From assembly GCA_965207735.1 (NCBI GenBank), contig OZ242296.1, positions 3,328,001-3,392,000 of the forward strand: 64,000 nucleotides of DNA, in the 5' to 3' direction. A program made the position numbers and the translations under genes. This stretch comes from Candidatus Versatilivorator sp. GTDB taxonomy: Bacteria > Acidobacteriota > Terriglobia > Versatilivoradales > Versatilivoraceae. A model generated the notes under the pieces. The model made no database searches and was not told where the DNA came from. It saw only the letters and a program-made list of their open reading frames with translations. The stretch's first letter is position 1. Each line of letters begins with the position of its first letter. Shown here piece after piece: positions 9,827 through 19,872 of this stretch.

Positions 9827-10708
9827 TCAGACAGCTTTGGCGATTCTCTCCTGCAAGGCCGCCATTTTCTCCATCTGCTTCATGAAGTCGATGGTCCCGG
9901 TGAGAGCGGTCCTCCAGTCGGGTTTGCAGGGAACGCTGTCGAGTGAAATGTAGCCCGAGAAATTCATGGCGTTGAGAGTCCGCACCACATCCAGAAAGTC
10001 GATGTGACCAGTCCCGGGAGTCTGCCGGTTATTGTCTGCCAAGTGGATGTGCATGAGCCGGTCGCCGGCCGCCCGCAGGGCGTCGTTCAAGGGGCCGTCT
10101 TCCATGTTCACGTGGAAGAAATCGGCCAGGACTCCCAGGTTGGGGGCGTCGATCTCGTCCACGATCCCCTTGCCTTCAACCAGGCTGTTGAGGAAACCGG
10201 CGTACCCTTCGAAGCGGTTGATGGGCTCGATGGCGATATCGACGTTCCGCTCGGCCGCATACTCGGCGATTTCCCGGGTGGACTGGATGAAATTGGCCCG
10301 CAGCAGGTCGATCGGCGTCTTGGTCACCGGGTACTCGGACTGGGCCGGGGAGGCCACGATCTCGAAGACGGGAGGATCGTCGAAGGTCGCCGCCAGGTCC
10401 ACGCTCTTCTTGGCATAGTCCACGCCGTGACGCCGCTCCGATTCGTCGGTGGAGGCCAGGTCCCGGACCTCGCCCGCGTGCCAGGGCGCCCAGGCACCGA
10501 TCAAGGCCGGCACTTTCAGACCCAGGGAGAAGGCCATTTCCTTGACCTGATTGAACAGGCTGGCCTCGATGCGGTCGGGCTCGGCATCCAGGTCCACCCC
10601 GTCATAGCCCGCTTCGGCCACCGCTTCCAGCACCTCCCGGGGCTTCTCCCAGACATTGCCGCCGCTGGACGCCAGTGTGCATAGAATCACCGAATACTTG
10701 TGCCCCAT
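9827..10708 (-). CDS. Sugar phosphate isomerase/epimerase (xylose-isomerase-like TIM barrel, tagatose/psicose 3-epimerase type)
   Basis: IEPINRFE, DFFHVNME, HIHLADNNR, PGTGHIDF. Confidence 0.9.
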   Translation of the reverse strand: MGHKYSVILCTLASSGGNVWEKPREVLEAVAEAGYDGVDLDAEPDRIEASLFNQVKEMAFSLGLKVPALIGAWAPWHAGEVRDLASTDESERRHGVDYAKKSVDLAATFDDPPVFEIVASPAQSEYPVTKTPIDLLRANFIQSTREIAEYAAERNVDIAIEPINRFEGYAGFLNSLVEGKGIVDEIDAPNLGVLADFFHVNMEDGPLNDALRAAGDRLMHIHLADNNRQTPGTGHIDFLDVVRTLNAMNFSGYISLDSVPCKPDWRTALTGTIDFMKQMEKMAALQERIAKAV

Positions 10709-10884
10709 GGCTCAACCTCCGCTCGCTTCAGGTGGGTCTGTGACCGGTTCTCCTGACCTTGGCTCGCCGGTTCTCCGGCCGCCACGGCAGTCTAATCGAA
10801 AGCCCGGCCTCCTGGCAACCGTCCGGAGGGTTGGGATAAACTGACCGGATTGAAGACTCTTGGGCGAAGCGGAGGAACAGAGCC

Positions 10885-11541
10885 TTGAAAAGAGGAATCA
10901 TCCTGGCAGGTCTCTTGTGCTGGTTGCTGGCGCCGCTTGAGCGGCTGCCGGGACACGGGGTGCTGGGCCGGGTGGTGCAGCACCACATCGTGGCCACGGT
11001 GGGGGCCTCCCACCTGGACGTGACGGTGGAGTTGACCTTCCATTCCGTTTTCGCACAACGGGAGCGCCGGCGGCTGGATGCGGACGGCGACGGACTGATC
11101 CGGGCCGAGGAGACCCGGCGATATCTGGACGAGATTCTGGGCGCTCTCGAAGCGGGCCTGTGGATCTCGGCCGGGACGCGGGAGATCAACCTGACCACCC
11201 TGCATCCTCCCGAAGTGGATCTGCTGGAGAATGAGGCGGCAGGAGACCATCCGCTGCGAGTCAGGGCCACCTATGTAGCCAGGCGGGCAGGGACATTGAA
11301 ACGGACTGGACTGGCGCAACTGGAGAGTCGATTGTGGCCGGAGGCTCCGGCTCTCTGTTTTCTGGAGATTCGGCATCGGGGAAGCGCCATCGGCCCGGGG
11401 CGGCGGGTGACCTCCTTCTTCGGCCCGGGGACCAGCAGACGGTTCAGCCTGGACTTGTTCCCCCGGGCGGCCGCGGCCCGCCGGCAGCCGAATGCCTCGC
11501 AGCCTGGAGATTTCCGCCGCGAGGGCAGACCTGGGAGGTAG
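10885..11541 (+). CDS. Hypothetical secreted protein with EF-hand-like loop
   Basis: N-terminal hydrophobic signal followed by His; DADGDGLIRAEE Ca-binding-like motif. Confidence 0.55.
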   Translation: MKRGIILAGLLCWLLAPLERLPGHGVLGRVVQHHIVATVGASHLDVTVELTFHSVFAQRERRRLDADGDGLIRAEETRRYLDEILGALEAGLWISAGTREINLTTLHPPEVDLLENEAAGDHPLRVRATYVARRAGTLKRTGLAQLESRLWPEAPALCFLEIRHRGSAIGPGRRVTSFFGPGTSRRFSLDLFPRAAAARRQPNASQPGDFRREGRPGR

Positions 11542-11542
11542 C

Positions 11543-13822
11543 GTGCGGTTTACCGTCTGCAAGAAGACGACTCCTATAACCGGACGATTCCGTCCCAGAC
11601 CCCGTCCAGGCTGGTTGCTGCTGCCGGCGCTGGTCGGGTGTCTCTGGATCGGTCCAACCCTGGGACTGGCCCAACCCGGGAGTCGGACGGCGGACATCGG
11701 GGAGCTGGTCAGCGTCCTGCTGCGCAAGCACCCCTATCTGTTCGATGACGAGGCCAGGGATCGGCTGGAGGCCGCCTATCGCGAGTATCGGTTGAGCCAG
11801 GCCGCCGAGCGCGAACGGGAAAAGGCCGGGCGCGGGGCATCGGCGGAAGAACGGTCCAGGGGCGCACAACGACCCGCCTGGGCGGCCCGCTTCGCCCTGG
11901 CCCATTTCCTGGACACCTGCCCCGGCTTGATACGGCTCGACTTGAGGCAGGGGCTTCCCGACACCACCTTGATGGATCCGATTGAGCTGCCCGGCAACGT
12001 GGGGGCTCTGCTGCTTCAGGTGGTAAACGGCCGGGAGGAAACGCGCTACCATCTGCAGAATTATGCACTCTCGGATCTGCAGGCAGTCGAGCCCATCCGA
12101 ATCGAGGCGGCCGCCCCAGCCACCACCTGGGTGCTGTTGAGTCTGAGCGGCATTCCCAACCGACGGGTTTCGCTGGTGCTCGAGCTTCAAAGGGAATCCG
12201 GGGAGCCGGTTCGGCTTCCACTGGAAGTCAAGGCGCCCTCTCCGGCCCGATTGAAGGTTCGCGTGCTCTCCGACGACACCGGCCTGGAGACCCCGGCCAT
12301 GGTCCGACTGGTCTGGAAGCTGAACGGGCAGGACTTTCGGCCCAGCAATGCCCTGGACCTGGTGGAGCAGTTCGAAGGCCACGGAAGCAGCCAGCTTTCC
12401 ACCAATCTGCCCGGACGCCTGCGGGGCGACTACTGGTGCGTCCCCGGCCCCTTCGACATGGCTCTGCCTCCCGGGCAGTGGGAGATCGCCATCCGGCGGG
12501 GGTTGGAGCATCTCCCCCTGTTCGACACCATCACCCTGAAACCCGGCGAAACGGCAGAACGCACCTACCGGCCGCGGCGCTGGGTCGACATGCGCAAGCT
12601 GGGGTGGTTCTCGGGGGACGACCACGTCCATTTTCGCCTGCTCAGCGACGAGGACGCCCGGCGCTTGATGACCTGGGTGCAGGCCGAGGACCTGCACCTG
12701 GCCAACGTGGTGGAGATGGGTGACGTCAACAGGACCTGGTTCCGGCAGCGAGGGTTCGGCAGGGAACACCGCGTCGTCTCCGCCGGCCATATCCTTTCGC
12801 CCGGACAGGAGTGCCCCCGCACCGGCGCCCGCTTCCGGCTGGGCCACGTCCTGGCCATGAACACCACCAGCCTGGTGCGAAACCCCGACCGATACTTTCT
12901 CTACGACTGGATGTTCGACCAAGTCCACCGGCAGGGGGGCCTGACGGGCTACGCTCACGTGTACCGCACCTATCCTCAACTGCACCGCGACATGAGCATC
13001 AACGTTCCCAAGAACAAGGTCGACTTCCTGGAGCTGATGCAGATCGGCATCCTGGGCACCAATCTCTACTACGAATTCCTGGATCTCGGCTTCAAGTTGA
13101 CGGCCGCCGCCGGGTCGGACGTACCTTTCGCGGGGACGGTGGGAGAGGTCCGAATGTACGCCTACGCTCCGGAGGCGGGTGACGGCGATGCCTGGTTTGA
13201 AGCCGTGGGCCGGGGGCGAACCTTCGTCACCAACGGTCCCATGCTGGAACTAAGGGTCGGCGGAGCTATGCCGGGTGACGAGCTCCGGGTGGAAAAGGGG
13301 CAGAAGGTCCGGGTCCACGCCCGCGCCTGGGGCCATCCCGGACGATCCCGGCCTTCCCGGTTGGAGATCGTGCGTCACGGGCGGGTCATTCGCCACCTCC
13401 AGCCGAGCCATCCGTCCGAACACGAGTTGCGCCTCTCCTTCGAGCTTGAAGGGGAAAACGGCTACTGGATCGCGGCCCGGGCCGAAGGCAACGATGGTTC
13501 TCAAGCCCACACCACCCCGGTCTACGTGGTTCGCAAGCCCCTGAGATTCTGGAACTACGATAAGGTCGAGCGGCTGATCGCAACCCGGCTGGACAGCCTG
13601 GACGAGGTGGAACGCCTGGTGGACCGGGCCCGGTCGCTCCACGGAGGCCAAGTCACCGATGAGCCCCGGGGCGAAGGCGAACGAGCCGCATGGTGGGAGA
13701 CACGGCGACTGGCGGAGCAGGGGCCCGAACTGTTGGACAGGGTAGCCGAGGCCAGGCGGATCTACCGGCAACTGCGCCTGGTTTGGAAGCGGGAAGGGTC
13801 GCAACGGGAGGGGATTCGTTGA
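11543..13822 (+). CDS. CehA/McbA-family PHP-domain metallohydrolase (start uncertain)
   Basis: GWFSGDDHVH, GQE, GYAH, YYEFLDLGFKLTAAAGSD, GRTFVTNGP, AHTTPVYV. Confidence 0.82.
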   Translation: MRFTVCKKTTPITGRFRPRPRPGWLLLPALVGCLWIGPTLGLAQPGSRTADIGELVSVLLRKHPYLFDDEARDRLEAAYREYRLSQAAEREREKAGRGASAEERSRGAQRPAWAARFALAHFLDTCPGLIRLDLRQGLPDTTLMDPIELPGNVGALLLQVVNGREETRYHLQNYALSDLQAVEPIRIEAAAPATTWVLLSLSGIPNRRVSLVLELQRESGEPVRLPLEVKAPSPARLKVRVLSDDTGLETPAMVRLVWKLNGQDFRPSNALDLVEQFEGHGSSQLSTNLPGRLRGDYWCVPGPFDMALPPGQWEIAIRRGLEHLPLFDTITLKPGETAERTYRPRRWVDMRKLGWFSGDDHVHFRLLSDEDARRLMTWVQAEDLHLANVVEMGDVNRTWFRQRGFGREHRVVSAGHILSPGQECPRTGARFRLGHVLAMNTTSLVRNPDRYFLYDWMFDQVHRQGGLTGYAHVYRTYPQLHRDMSINVPKNKVDFLELMQIGILGTNLYYEFLDLGFKLTAAAGSDVPFAGTVGEVRMYAYAPEAGDGDAWFEAVGRGRTFVTNGPMLELRVGGAMPGDELRVEKGQKVRVHARAWGHPGRSRPSRLEIVRHGRVIRHLQPSHPSEHELRLSFELEGENGYWIAARAEGNDGSQAHTTPVYVVRKPLRFWNYDKVERLIATRLDSLDEVERLVDRARSLHGGQVTDEPRGEGERAAWWETRRLAEQGPELLDRVAEARRIYRQLRLVWKREGSQREGIR

Positions 13823-13909
13823 AGGCCCGTCGCCGACCCATGCTTCCGATCCTGCTTGCCCTGGATTGGGTGTTACCTGTAGCCTAACTCATTGGCAACG
13901 GAGGGAAAT

Positions 13910-14776
13910 ATGCTAAGTCCAGAGCAGGTTCGTCAATACCGCAACGACGGCTTTACCGTCTGCCAGGGGTTCTTGCCGGAAGGAGAGGTCGACCGATTCC
14001 GGGAAGAAATCAACGGGATCTGCGCCGGGAACACCCTGGCGCAGCACGACAGCACCCTGATGGAAATGGAACCGGCCCAGCCCCCCGAGGGGAACCGGGT
14101 GAGGCGGATCTACCAGCCCTGCCACCACTTTCCGGAATTCGGCCGCCTTTCGCATTCGGACAGGCTGCTGGACTGCGTGGAGCAGCTTCTGGGACCCGAC
14201 CTGCTGATCCAGTACAGCAAGATCAACATGAAGCCGGCCGACGTGGGCTCGGTGGTGGAGTGGCACCAGGACCTGTCCTACTATCCTTTGACCAATCGCG
14301 ACTCGCTGGCGGTCCTGTTCTATCTGGACGACGCCAGCCGAAGCAACGGCTGCCTGAAGATCATCCCGGGGCGCCACGGCGGGCCCTTGCTGAGCCACAC
14401 GCGGGACGGCCTGTTCCAGGGACGGGTTACCGAACCCGTGGATGGCTCCGGGGCGGTGTTTGTAGAGGGCGGAGCCGGAACCGCCATCTTCATGCACTGC
14501 ATGGCTCCTCATGCCTCGGCGCCCAACACCTCGTCCCGGCCGCGTCGAACCCTCATTCTGAGCTATCGAGCCGCCGACGCCTTCCGCATTTACGACGGCG
14601 AGAACACGACCTCGAGCGAAGCCTACGTCCGCCTGGTCCGGGGACAGCACAGTAGCGTGGCCCGCTTCACCATGAACGAGTTTCCCATTCCCACCTATCC
14701 CGGAAAGTTCGTCTCCCTCTACGACCTTCAGGACAAGTCCCGCCAGTCCGAAGTCCAGCAGGAATCCATTGGATAG
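13910..14776 (+). CDS. Phytanoyl-CoA dioxygenase (PhyH) family 2OG-Fe(II) oxygenase
   Basis: GAGGG RBS; WHQD facial-triad start, NGCLKIIPG, HASAPN...RR. Confidence 0.9.
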   Translation: MLSPEQVRQYRNDGFTVCQGFLPEGEVDRFREEINGICAGNTLAQHDSTLMEMEPAQPPEGNRVRRIYQPCHHFPEFGRLSHSDRLLDCVEQLLGPDLLIQYSKINMKPADVGSVVEWHQDLSYYPLTNRDSLAVLFYLDDASRSNGCLKIIPGRHGGPLLSHTRDGLFQGRVTEPVDGSGAVFVEGGAGTAIFMHCMAPHASAPNTSSRPRRTLILSYRAADAFRIYDGENTTSSEAYVRLVRGQHSSVARFTMNEFPIPTYPGKFVSLYDLQDKSRQSEVQQESIG

Positions 14777-14787
14777 CCAGGAGCGTC

Positions 14788-15150
14788 TCAGAGAAAACTT
14801 TCCAGATATTTGAAGGGTTGAGGCGACAGCAGGAGTTGGTCCAGGTGGTACTGCCAGCAGCACTCGGTGTCTGTGGCCTCGAATTCCACCCGGCACCGGG
14901 AGCAGTGGACCAGGGCCACCCATTGGTGCGGGTCGCTGCCGAAAAAGGCCTCGGCGAACTCTTCGGAGAGCAGAATGCGGTCGGGGTGGTTGAACAGCCA
15001 GCTCTTGCGGTCGAGCCGGGAGGCGTTGACCCGGACCGTCCCCTGGTGGAGGATCACCCCGTCGTAGCGGTAGCCCATGTCCCGAATGCCCAGCCACCCC
15101 TGGGCCACGGCCCGATCGACGGCCTTGATCAGGATCTCGCGTTCGGTCAT
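14788..15150 (-). CDS. Hypothetical protein (phage/CPR-like small protein)
   Basis: Clean ORF between convergent genes; EILIKAVDRAVAQGW...FAEAFFG...WQYHLDQLLL...FKYLESFL; CSRC/CC cluster. Confidence 0.65.
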   Translation of the reverse strand: MTEREILIKAVDRAVAQGWLGIRDMGYRYDGVILHQGTVRVNASRLDRKSWLFNHPDRILLSEEFAEAFFGSDPHQWVALVHCSRCRVEFEATDTECCWQYHLDQLLLSPQPFKYLESFL

Positions 15151-15185
15151 GACCTGGGTAGGGGAGGGAGCCCGGCGGGGGGAGT

Positions 15186-15219
15186 CAGCCGCTGAGCCGG
15201 CTCGGCCGTCTCAGCGGCT
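15186..15219. terminator. GC-rich hairpin immediately downstream of DUF1501 gene
   Basis: agccgctgag...ctcagcggct inverted repeat; no clear U-tract. Confidence 0.4.
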
Positions 15220-16643
15220 CATGCCATGATTTTCTGCGCGACCACTCCGTGGACGTCGGTCAGGCGGAAATCGCGGCCGCCGTGGTGGTAGGTGAGGTCC
15301 TCGTGATTCAGGCCGAGCAGGTGGAGGATGGTGGCATGCAGATCGTGGATGTGCATGCGGTCCTCCACGGCGTGGTAGCCGAATTCGTCGGTGGCTCCGT
15401 AGATGCTTCCCGGCTTGACCCCGCCGCCGGCCATCCACATGGTGTAGCCGTAGGGGTTGTGGTCGCGGCCGTCGTGCTGGGCGAAGGGCGTGCGTCCGAA
15501 CTCGCCTCCCCACACCACCAGCGTATCCTGCAACAGCCCACGGGCCTTGAGGTCGGTCAGCAGTCCCGCGATGGGCCTGTCCACCTCGCCGGCGTTCTGG
15601 GCGTGCAGCCGCGCCAGGTCGCTATGCTGGTCCCACTTGTAGCTGTGCCAACAGCGCACCACCCGCACACCCTTCTCCACCAGTCTGCGGGCCAGCAGCA
15701 ACTGCCAGCCATAGTCATGGGTGCGCTTGTCGTCCAGACCGTAGAGCTTGCGGGTGGCTTCCGTTTCCCCCTTGATATCCAGGATCTCCGGGGCGTCCAT
15801 CTGCATGCGGAAGGCCAGCTCGAATGACTGAATGCGAGCCTCCAGCTTGGGATCGAAATCGTTGTCCAGGGCGTTGCGCCGATTGATCTTCTGCAGCATC
15901 TCCAGCTCGTAGCGCTGCTGCTCCGAGGTCAGGTTCCCGCTGGTCAGGTGCTCGATGGGGTTGTCCTGGATGTCCGGCACCTTGACGGTGTCGTTGCCGA
16001 TGGGAGTCCCCTGATAGGCGCCCGGCAGAAAGCCGGAATGCCAGTTCCTGGCCCCGCCGTGGTAGTAGGAGGGCTTGATTTCAATGTAACCGGGCAGGTT
16101 CTGGTTCTCGGTTCCCAGGCCGTAAAAGATCCAGGAACCCATGCTGGGCAGGGTGAAGTTGAGCGTTCCGGTGTTGAGCTGGAGCAGGGCCGCCCCATGG
16201 TCCACGCCCTCGCCCACCATGGAGCGAATCACGCACAGCTCGTCGGCGTGGGCTCCCACCTGTCGAAAGAGATCGCTGACCGGAATGCCGCTCTCACCGT
16301 AGCGGCGGAAGGCGAAGGGCGACTTCATGAGTCCGCCCAGATCCTCGGGAGCGAACTGGAGCGACAGCTTGAAGGGGATGGGTTTGCCGTGGTCCTTCTC
16401 CAGCCGGGGCTTGGGGTCGAAGGTGTCAACCTGGGAAGGGCCGCCGTGCATGAACACGAAGATGACCCGCTTGGCCCGGGGGCTGAAGTGGGGAAGCTTG
16501 GGAGCAAGTGGATTGCGAGGCGCGGAGTCGGCCAGCAGGCCGCTGTCCTGCGCCAGCAGAGCCTGCAGTCCCAGGGCTCCGAATCCGCAGGCCGTTCGGC
16601 GCAGCATCGCCCGCCGGGAAATGGGTCGGGATGGGAGATTCAT
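15219..16643 (-). CDS. DUF1501 domain protein (Tat-exported)
   Basis: SRRAML Tat-like motif; GGPSQVDTFDPKP, GEFGRTP, GRDHNP, IHDLHATIL. Confidence 0.92.
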   Translation of the reverse strand: MNLPSRPISRRAMLRRTACGFGALGLQALLAQDSGLLADSAPRNPLAPKLPHFSPRAKRVIFVFMHGGPSQVDTFDPKPRLEKDHGKPIPFKLSLQFAPEDLGGLMKSPFAFRRYGESGIPVSDLFRQVGAHADELCVIRSMVGEGVDHGAALLQLNTGTLNFTLPSMGSWIFYGLGTENQNLPGYIEIKPSYYHGGARNWHSGFLPGAYQGTPIGNDTVKVPDIQDNPIEHLTSGNLTSEQQRYELEMLQKINRRNALDNDFDPKLEARIQSFELAFRMQMDAPEILDIKGETEATRKLYGLDDKRTHDYGWQLLLARRLVEKGVRVVRCWHSYKWDQHSDLARLHAQNAGEVDRPIAGLLTDLKARGLLQDTLVVWGGEFGRTPFAQHDGRDHNPYGYTMWMAGGGVKPGSIYGATDEFGYHAVEDRMHIHDLHATILHLLGLNHEDLTYHHGGRDFRLTDVHGVVAQKIMA

Positions 16644-16650
16644 GGTTCCC

Positions 16651-19464
16651 TCAGTTGACAAAGTTGAACTCGTTGGAGGTCATCAGAATCCGGCAGAGGC
16701 TCTGCCAGGCGTCCAGGCGGGAGTCGCCGTCTTTCCCGGAACCCGCCGGATAGTTCCGCAAATAGGAGAGGGACTCCTCCACCTCCCGGGGCGTGGGCTG
16801 CCGGGTCAGCGTGATGAGATAGGCCCTGCGGACACGCCCGGAGTCCTCCCCCTCACCGGACGCCGTCAAATGCTTGGCCAGGGAGCGCGAGCGATCGGCC
16901 ACGTTCTCGCTGTTCATCATGTAGAGCGCCTGGGTGGCGACGTTGCTCTCGGTGCGCCTGGCCGAGCTCGAGGAGCTGTTGGCGAAGTCGAACAGCTTCA
17001 TCACGCCGGGAATCTTGTTGCGAATGACCGGAACGTAGAGGCTGCGCCGGCGGGTCTCGTTGGGATGAAAGGCCTGTTCCGGCCCCTTCTGGGCGTAGTC
17101 CATCTTCCGGGAAGCCAGCGTGCCGCCCAGAGTCAGATCCAGCGAACCGTCCAGCGCCAGGAAGGAATCCCGCATTTCTTCCACCGAGAGCCGGCGGCGT
17201 CTCGCTCGGGACCATAGCCGATTGTCCAGGTCCGACTCCCTTGTCCCGGGAGAAGCCTGGCTGCTCTGCTGGTAGGTGTTGGACAGCAGCAGCAACCGGT
17301 GCATGGCCTTGATGGACCATCCGCTCTCAACCAATCGCCGCGCCAGGTAATCCATCAGCCGCGGATGGGTGGGTTTTTCCCCGGTGGTGCCGAAGTTGTT
17401 GGGAGTGCGCACCAGGCCCTCGCCGAAGTGCCACTGCCAGATGCGGTTGACCATCACCCGGCTGGTCAGGGGATGGTCCGCTTGGGTCAGCCACTCGGCC
17501 AGCTCCCTGCGCCCGCTGCCCCGGGTGATCGGCGCCTGCCGGCTTCCGGCCAGCACCACCGGGAACTGCTTGGCCACCGGCTCACCCGGAGTCTGGTAGC
17601 TGCCGCGGACGAACACCTTCTGATCGACGGGTTCCCCCTCGGCCACGGCGGACGCCAGGGGCGGCTCCGGAGGCGAGGACTCCTCCAGAAGCTCGACTTC
17701 CTTTCTCAATTCGGCGATGCGGCCTTGGGCCGCCTTGGGCAGCAGCTTTTCCCGGTCCTCTTCCTGAATCCCGAAGGGACCGCTATCTGCCTTGGTTCCC
17801 TCGGCCTTGGGAGGAGGACTGGTCACCGAGTTGAAGAAGCGCCCCTCCACGGTGATGAACCCATCCTCGAAGGCCGGTTTCTTGGAGGGGGCCTTGCCCT
17901 CCCCGACGGCCAATTCCACCTTCTGCTTCCACTGCCGCAGCCGCTGGTGCCACTCCCCGGACAACCTGTCGAAGAGATCCTGGTATTCCTCCGCAACCCG
18001 GTCAAGCTCGGAGGTCTCGGCCCGGTGCCATTTCTCCAGGTAGGGGCGAAAGGCGTTGCCGGGGCGGAGGTAGTCGATCCAGCGCTGCAGCAGTTTCGGG
18101 TCCAGATCCTCCGCTTCCGCGACCTGCTTCAGGGACTCGCCCTGCCGGTAAACACGCCGGGCCGCCAGCATGTATTCGGCCAGAAGGGGGTAGAGCTTTT
18201 CTTCGAGATTTCCGGCGACCCCTGTCAGGACCAGGGCCTCGATCAGTGACTCCCGCCCCTTGATCTTGTCCTGGTGCCGCCGGAAACTCTGGTGGACCTC
18301 CTTGGGAACCAGCGGCTCGAAGTAGAACTTGGACACGAAGGGCGGCTTCTTGTCGGACGGCTTGAGGACGCTGAAGCTGCGGGTGCTGGCGAAGATGGAA
18401 GCCAGCGAGTAGTAGTCTTTGGTCGAAATCGGGTCGAACTTGTGGTCGTGGCAGCGAGCGCAGGCGATGGTCAGCCCCAGGAAGGTCTTGGAGAGGGTAT
18501 CGATCTGCTCGTCCACCAGGTCGTAGACCATCTTGGTCTTGTCCTGCTGGGCGATGGCGCGGGGTCCGATCGCCAGAAACCCGGTCCCCAGAATGGCTCG
18601 AACGTTGGGATGCCCCGGCCGGCTGGAGGGATAGAGATCGCCGGCGATCTGATCCTTTACGAAGCGATCGTAGGGAAGGTCTCGATTGAAGCTGTCGACG
18701 ACATAGTCCCGGTAGCGCCAGGCATAGGGCATGGTGATGTCTTCATCCAGGCCGCTGGAATCGGCGTAGCGGGCGATATCGAGCCAGTGCCGCCCCCAGC
18801 GTTCTCCGTAGCGTGGCGAGGCCAGCAGGCGGTCCACCAGCCGGGCGAAGGCGCCGGGAGCCCTGTCTCCCAGAAACTGCCCGATTTCCTCCTCGGTGGG
18901 GGGCAGTCCGTGCAAGTCGAACTTGGCCCGCCGCAGCAGCGTCAGCTTCTCGGCGCGGGGCGCCGGGTCCAGACCCTTTTCCTCCAGCTTGCTCAGCACG
19001 AAGGCATCCACCGGAGTGCGAACCCAGCCCGGATTGCGCACGCCGGGCGCCTTGGGGTCGGCTAAAGCCTGAAACGACCACCAGGTGGAAATACCGTTTG
19101 AGCCATGAGAGTCTTCTTCCCAGGGAGCACCCGCCTGGATCCATTCTCTCAGGACCTCCACTTCCTCGGGCGAGAGAGCGCCGCCCACCGGCATTTTCAG
19201 CTCTCCTGTCTGGAGGACGGCCTGGTAAAGCAGGCTCTCTTCCGGGTGCCCGGGCACAATGGCGGGACCGCTGTCGCCGCCCTTGAGCAGAGACTCCCGT
19301 TGGCGGAGATCCAGGCCCGAGATGCGCGTCTCCCCGTGACAGGAGAGGCAATGCTGCTGCAGGACGGCCCGGGCTTTTTCAGCCGGCGGGGCACCGGCTG
19401 CCAGTCCCTGGGCCGGGCCGGCGGACAACATGAAGACAAGGATGGGAAGGGCTCTCGGACTCAA
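16651..19464 (-). CDS. PSD1 / planctomycete cytochrome c domain protein
   Basis: CLSCHG, CARCHDHKFDP, YGERWGRHWLD, HPLTSRVMVNRIWQWHFG, SNEFNFVN end. Confidence 0.93.
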   Translation of the reverse strand: MSPRALPILVFMLSAGPAQGLAAGAPPAEKARAVLQQHCLSCHGETRISGLDLRQRESLLKGGDSGPAIVPGHPEESLLYQAVLQTGELKMPVGGALSPEEVEVLREWIQAGAPWEEDSHGSNGISTWWSFQALADPKAPGVRNPGWVRTPVDAFVLSKLEEKGLDPAPRAEKLTLLRRAKFDLHGLPPTEEEIGQFLGDRAPGAFARLVDRLLASPRYGERWGRHWLDIARYADSSGLDEDITMPYAWRYRDYVVDSFNRDLPYDRFVKDQIAGDLYPSSRPGHPNVRAILGTGFLAIGPRAIAQQDKTKMVYDLVDEQIDTLSKTFLGLTIACARCHDHKFDPISTKDYYSLASIFASTRSFSVLKPSDKKPPFVSKFYFEPLVPKEVHQSFRRHQDKIKGRESLIEALVLTGVAGNLEEKLYPLLAEYMLAARRVYRQGESLKQVAEAEDLDPKLLQRWIDYLRPGNAFRPYLEKWHRAETSELDRVAEEYQDLFDRLSGEWHQRLRQWKQKVELAVGEGKAPSKKPAFEDGFITVEGRFFNSVTSPPPKAEGTKADSGPFGIQEEDREKLLPKAAQGRIAELRKEVELLEESSPPEPPLASAVAEGEPVDQKVFVRGSYQTPGEPVAKQFPVVLAGSRQAPITRGSGRRELAEWLTQADHPLTSRVMVNRIWQWHFGEGLVRTPNNFGTTGEKPTHPRLMDYLARRLVESGWSIKAMHRLLLLSNTYQQSSQASPGTRESDLDNRLWSRARRRRLSVEEMRDSFLALDGSLDLTLGGTLASRKMDYAQKGPEQAFHPNETRRRSLYVPVIRNKIPGVMKLFDFANSSSSSARRTESNVATQALYMMNSENVADRSRSLAKHLTASGEGEDSGRVRRAYLITLTRQPTPREVEESLSYLRNYPAGSGKDGDSRLDAWQSLCRILMTSNEFNFVN

Positions 19465-19569
19465 ACCAGTTCCCGGTTTTTCGGTTGGACTCGGGCTTAT
19501 TTGCCCCTAGTATAGAAATTCATTCTAGCATAAGGGCAGGAAGCGGCTGACAGTGTTCCAATCCACCAG

Positions 19570-19872
19570 GTGAATTCTCCGGTGACCACCAACCAAGAGT
19601 CCGAACCCCAGCGCTGGGTGATGGTTTTCGAGACCACCGACGTCTCTCTTCTGATGGTGGTCAAGTCGGTGCTGGATGACGCCGACATCGACTACACGGT
19701 GCAGGGCGAGGAAGCTTCGACCCTCTTGCCGCTGGGACCCTTCGGGGCGGGCCTCAGCCGCCACGGCTTCGGAGCCAGAATCCACGTCCCCGAGGACCAG
19801 GCTGCGGATGCCGAGGAAGTGCTGGCCGTGCTGGACGACGAGACGGCAGAAGATTCCGGCGCAGACGATTAA
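19570..19872 (+). CDS. DUF2007 (putative signal-transducing) domain protein
   Basis: VVKSVLDDADIDYTVQGE...ARIHVPEDQAADAEEVL pattern. Confidence 0.75.
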   Translation: MNSPVTTNQESEPQRWVMVFETTDVSLLMVVKSVLDDADIDYTVQGEEASTLLPLGPFGAGLSRHGFGARIHVPEDQAADAEEVLAVLDDETAEDSGADD

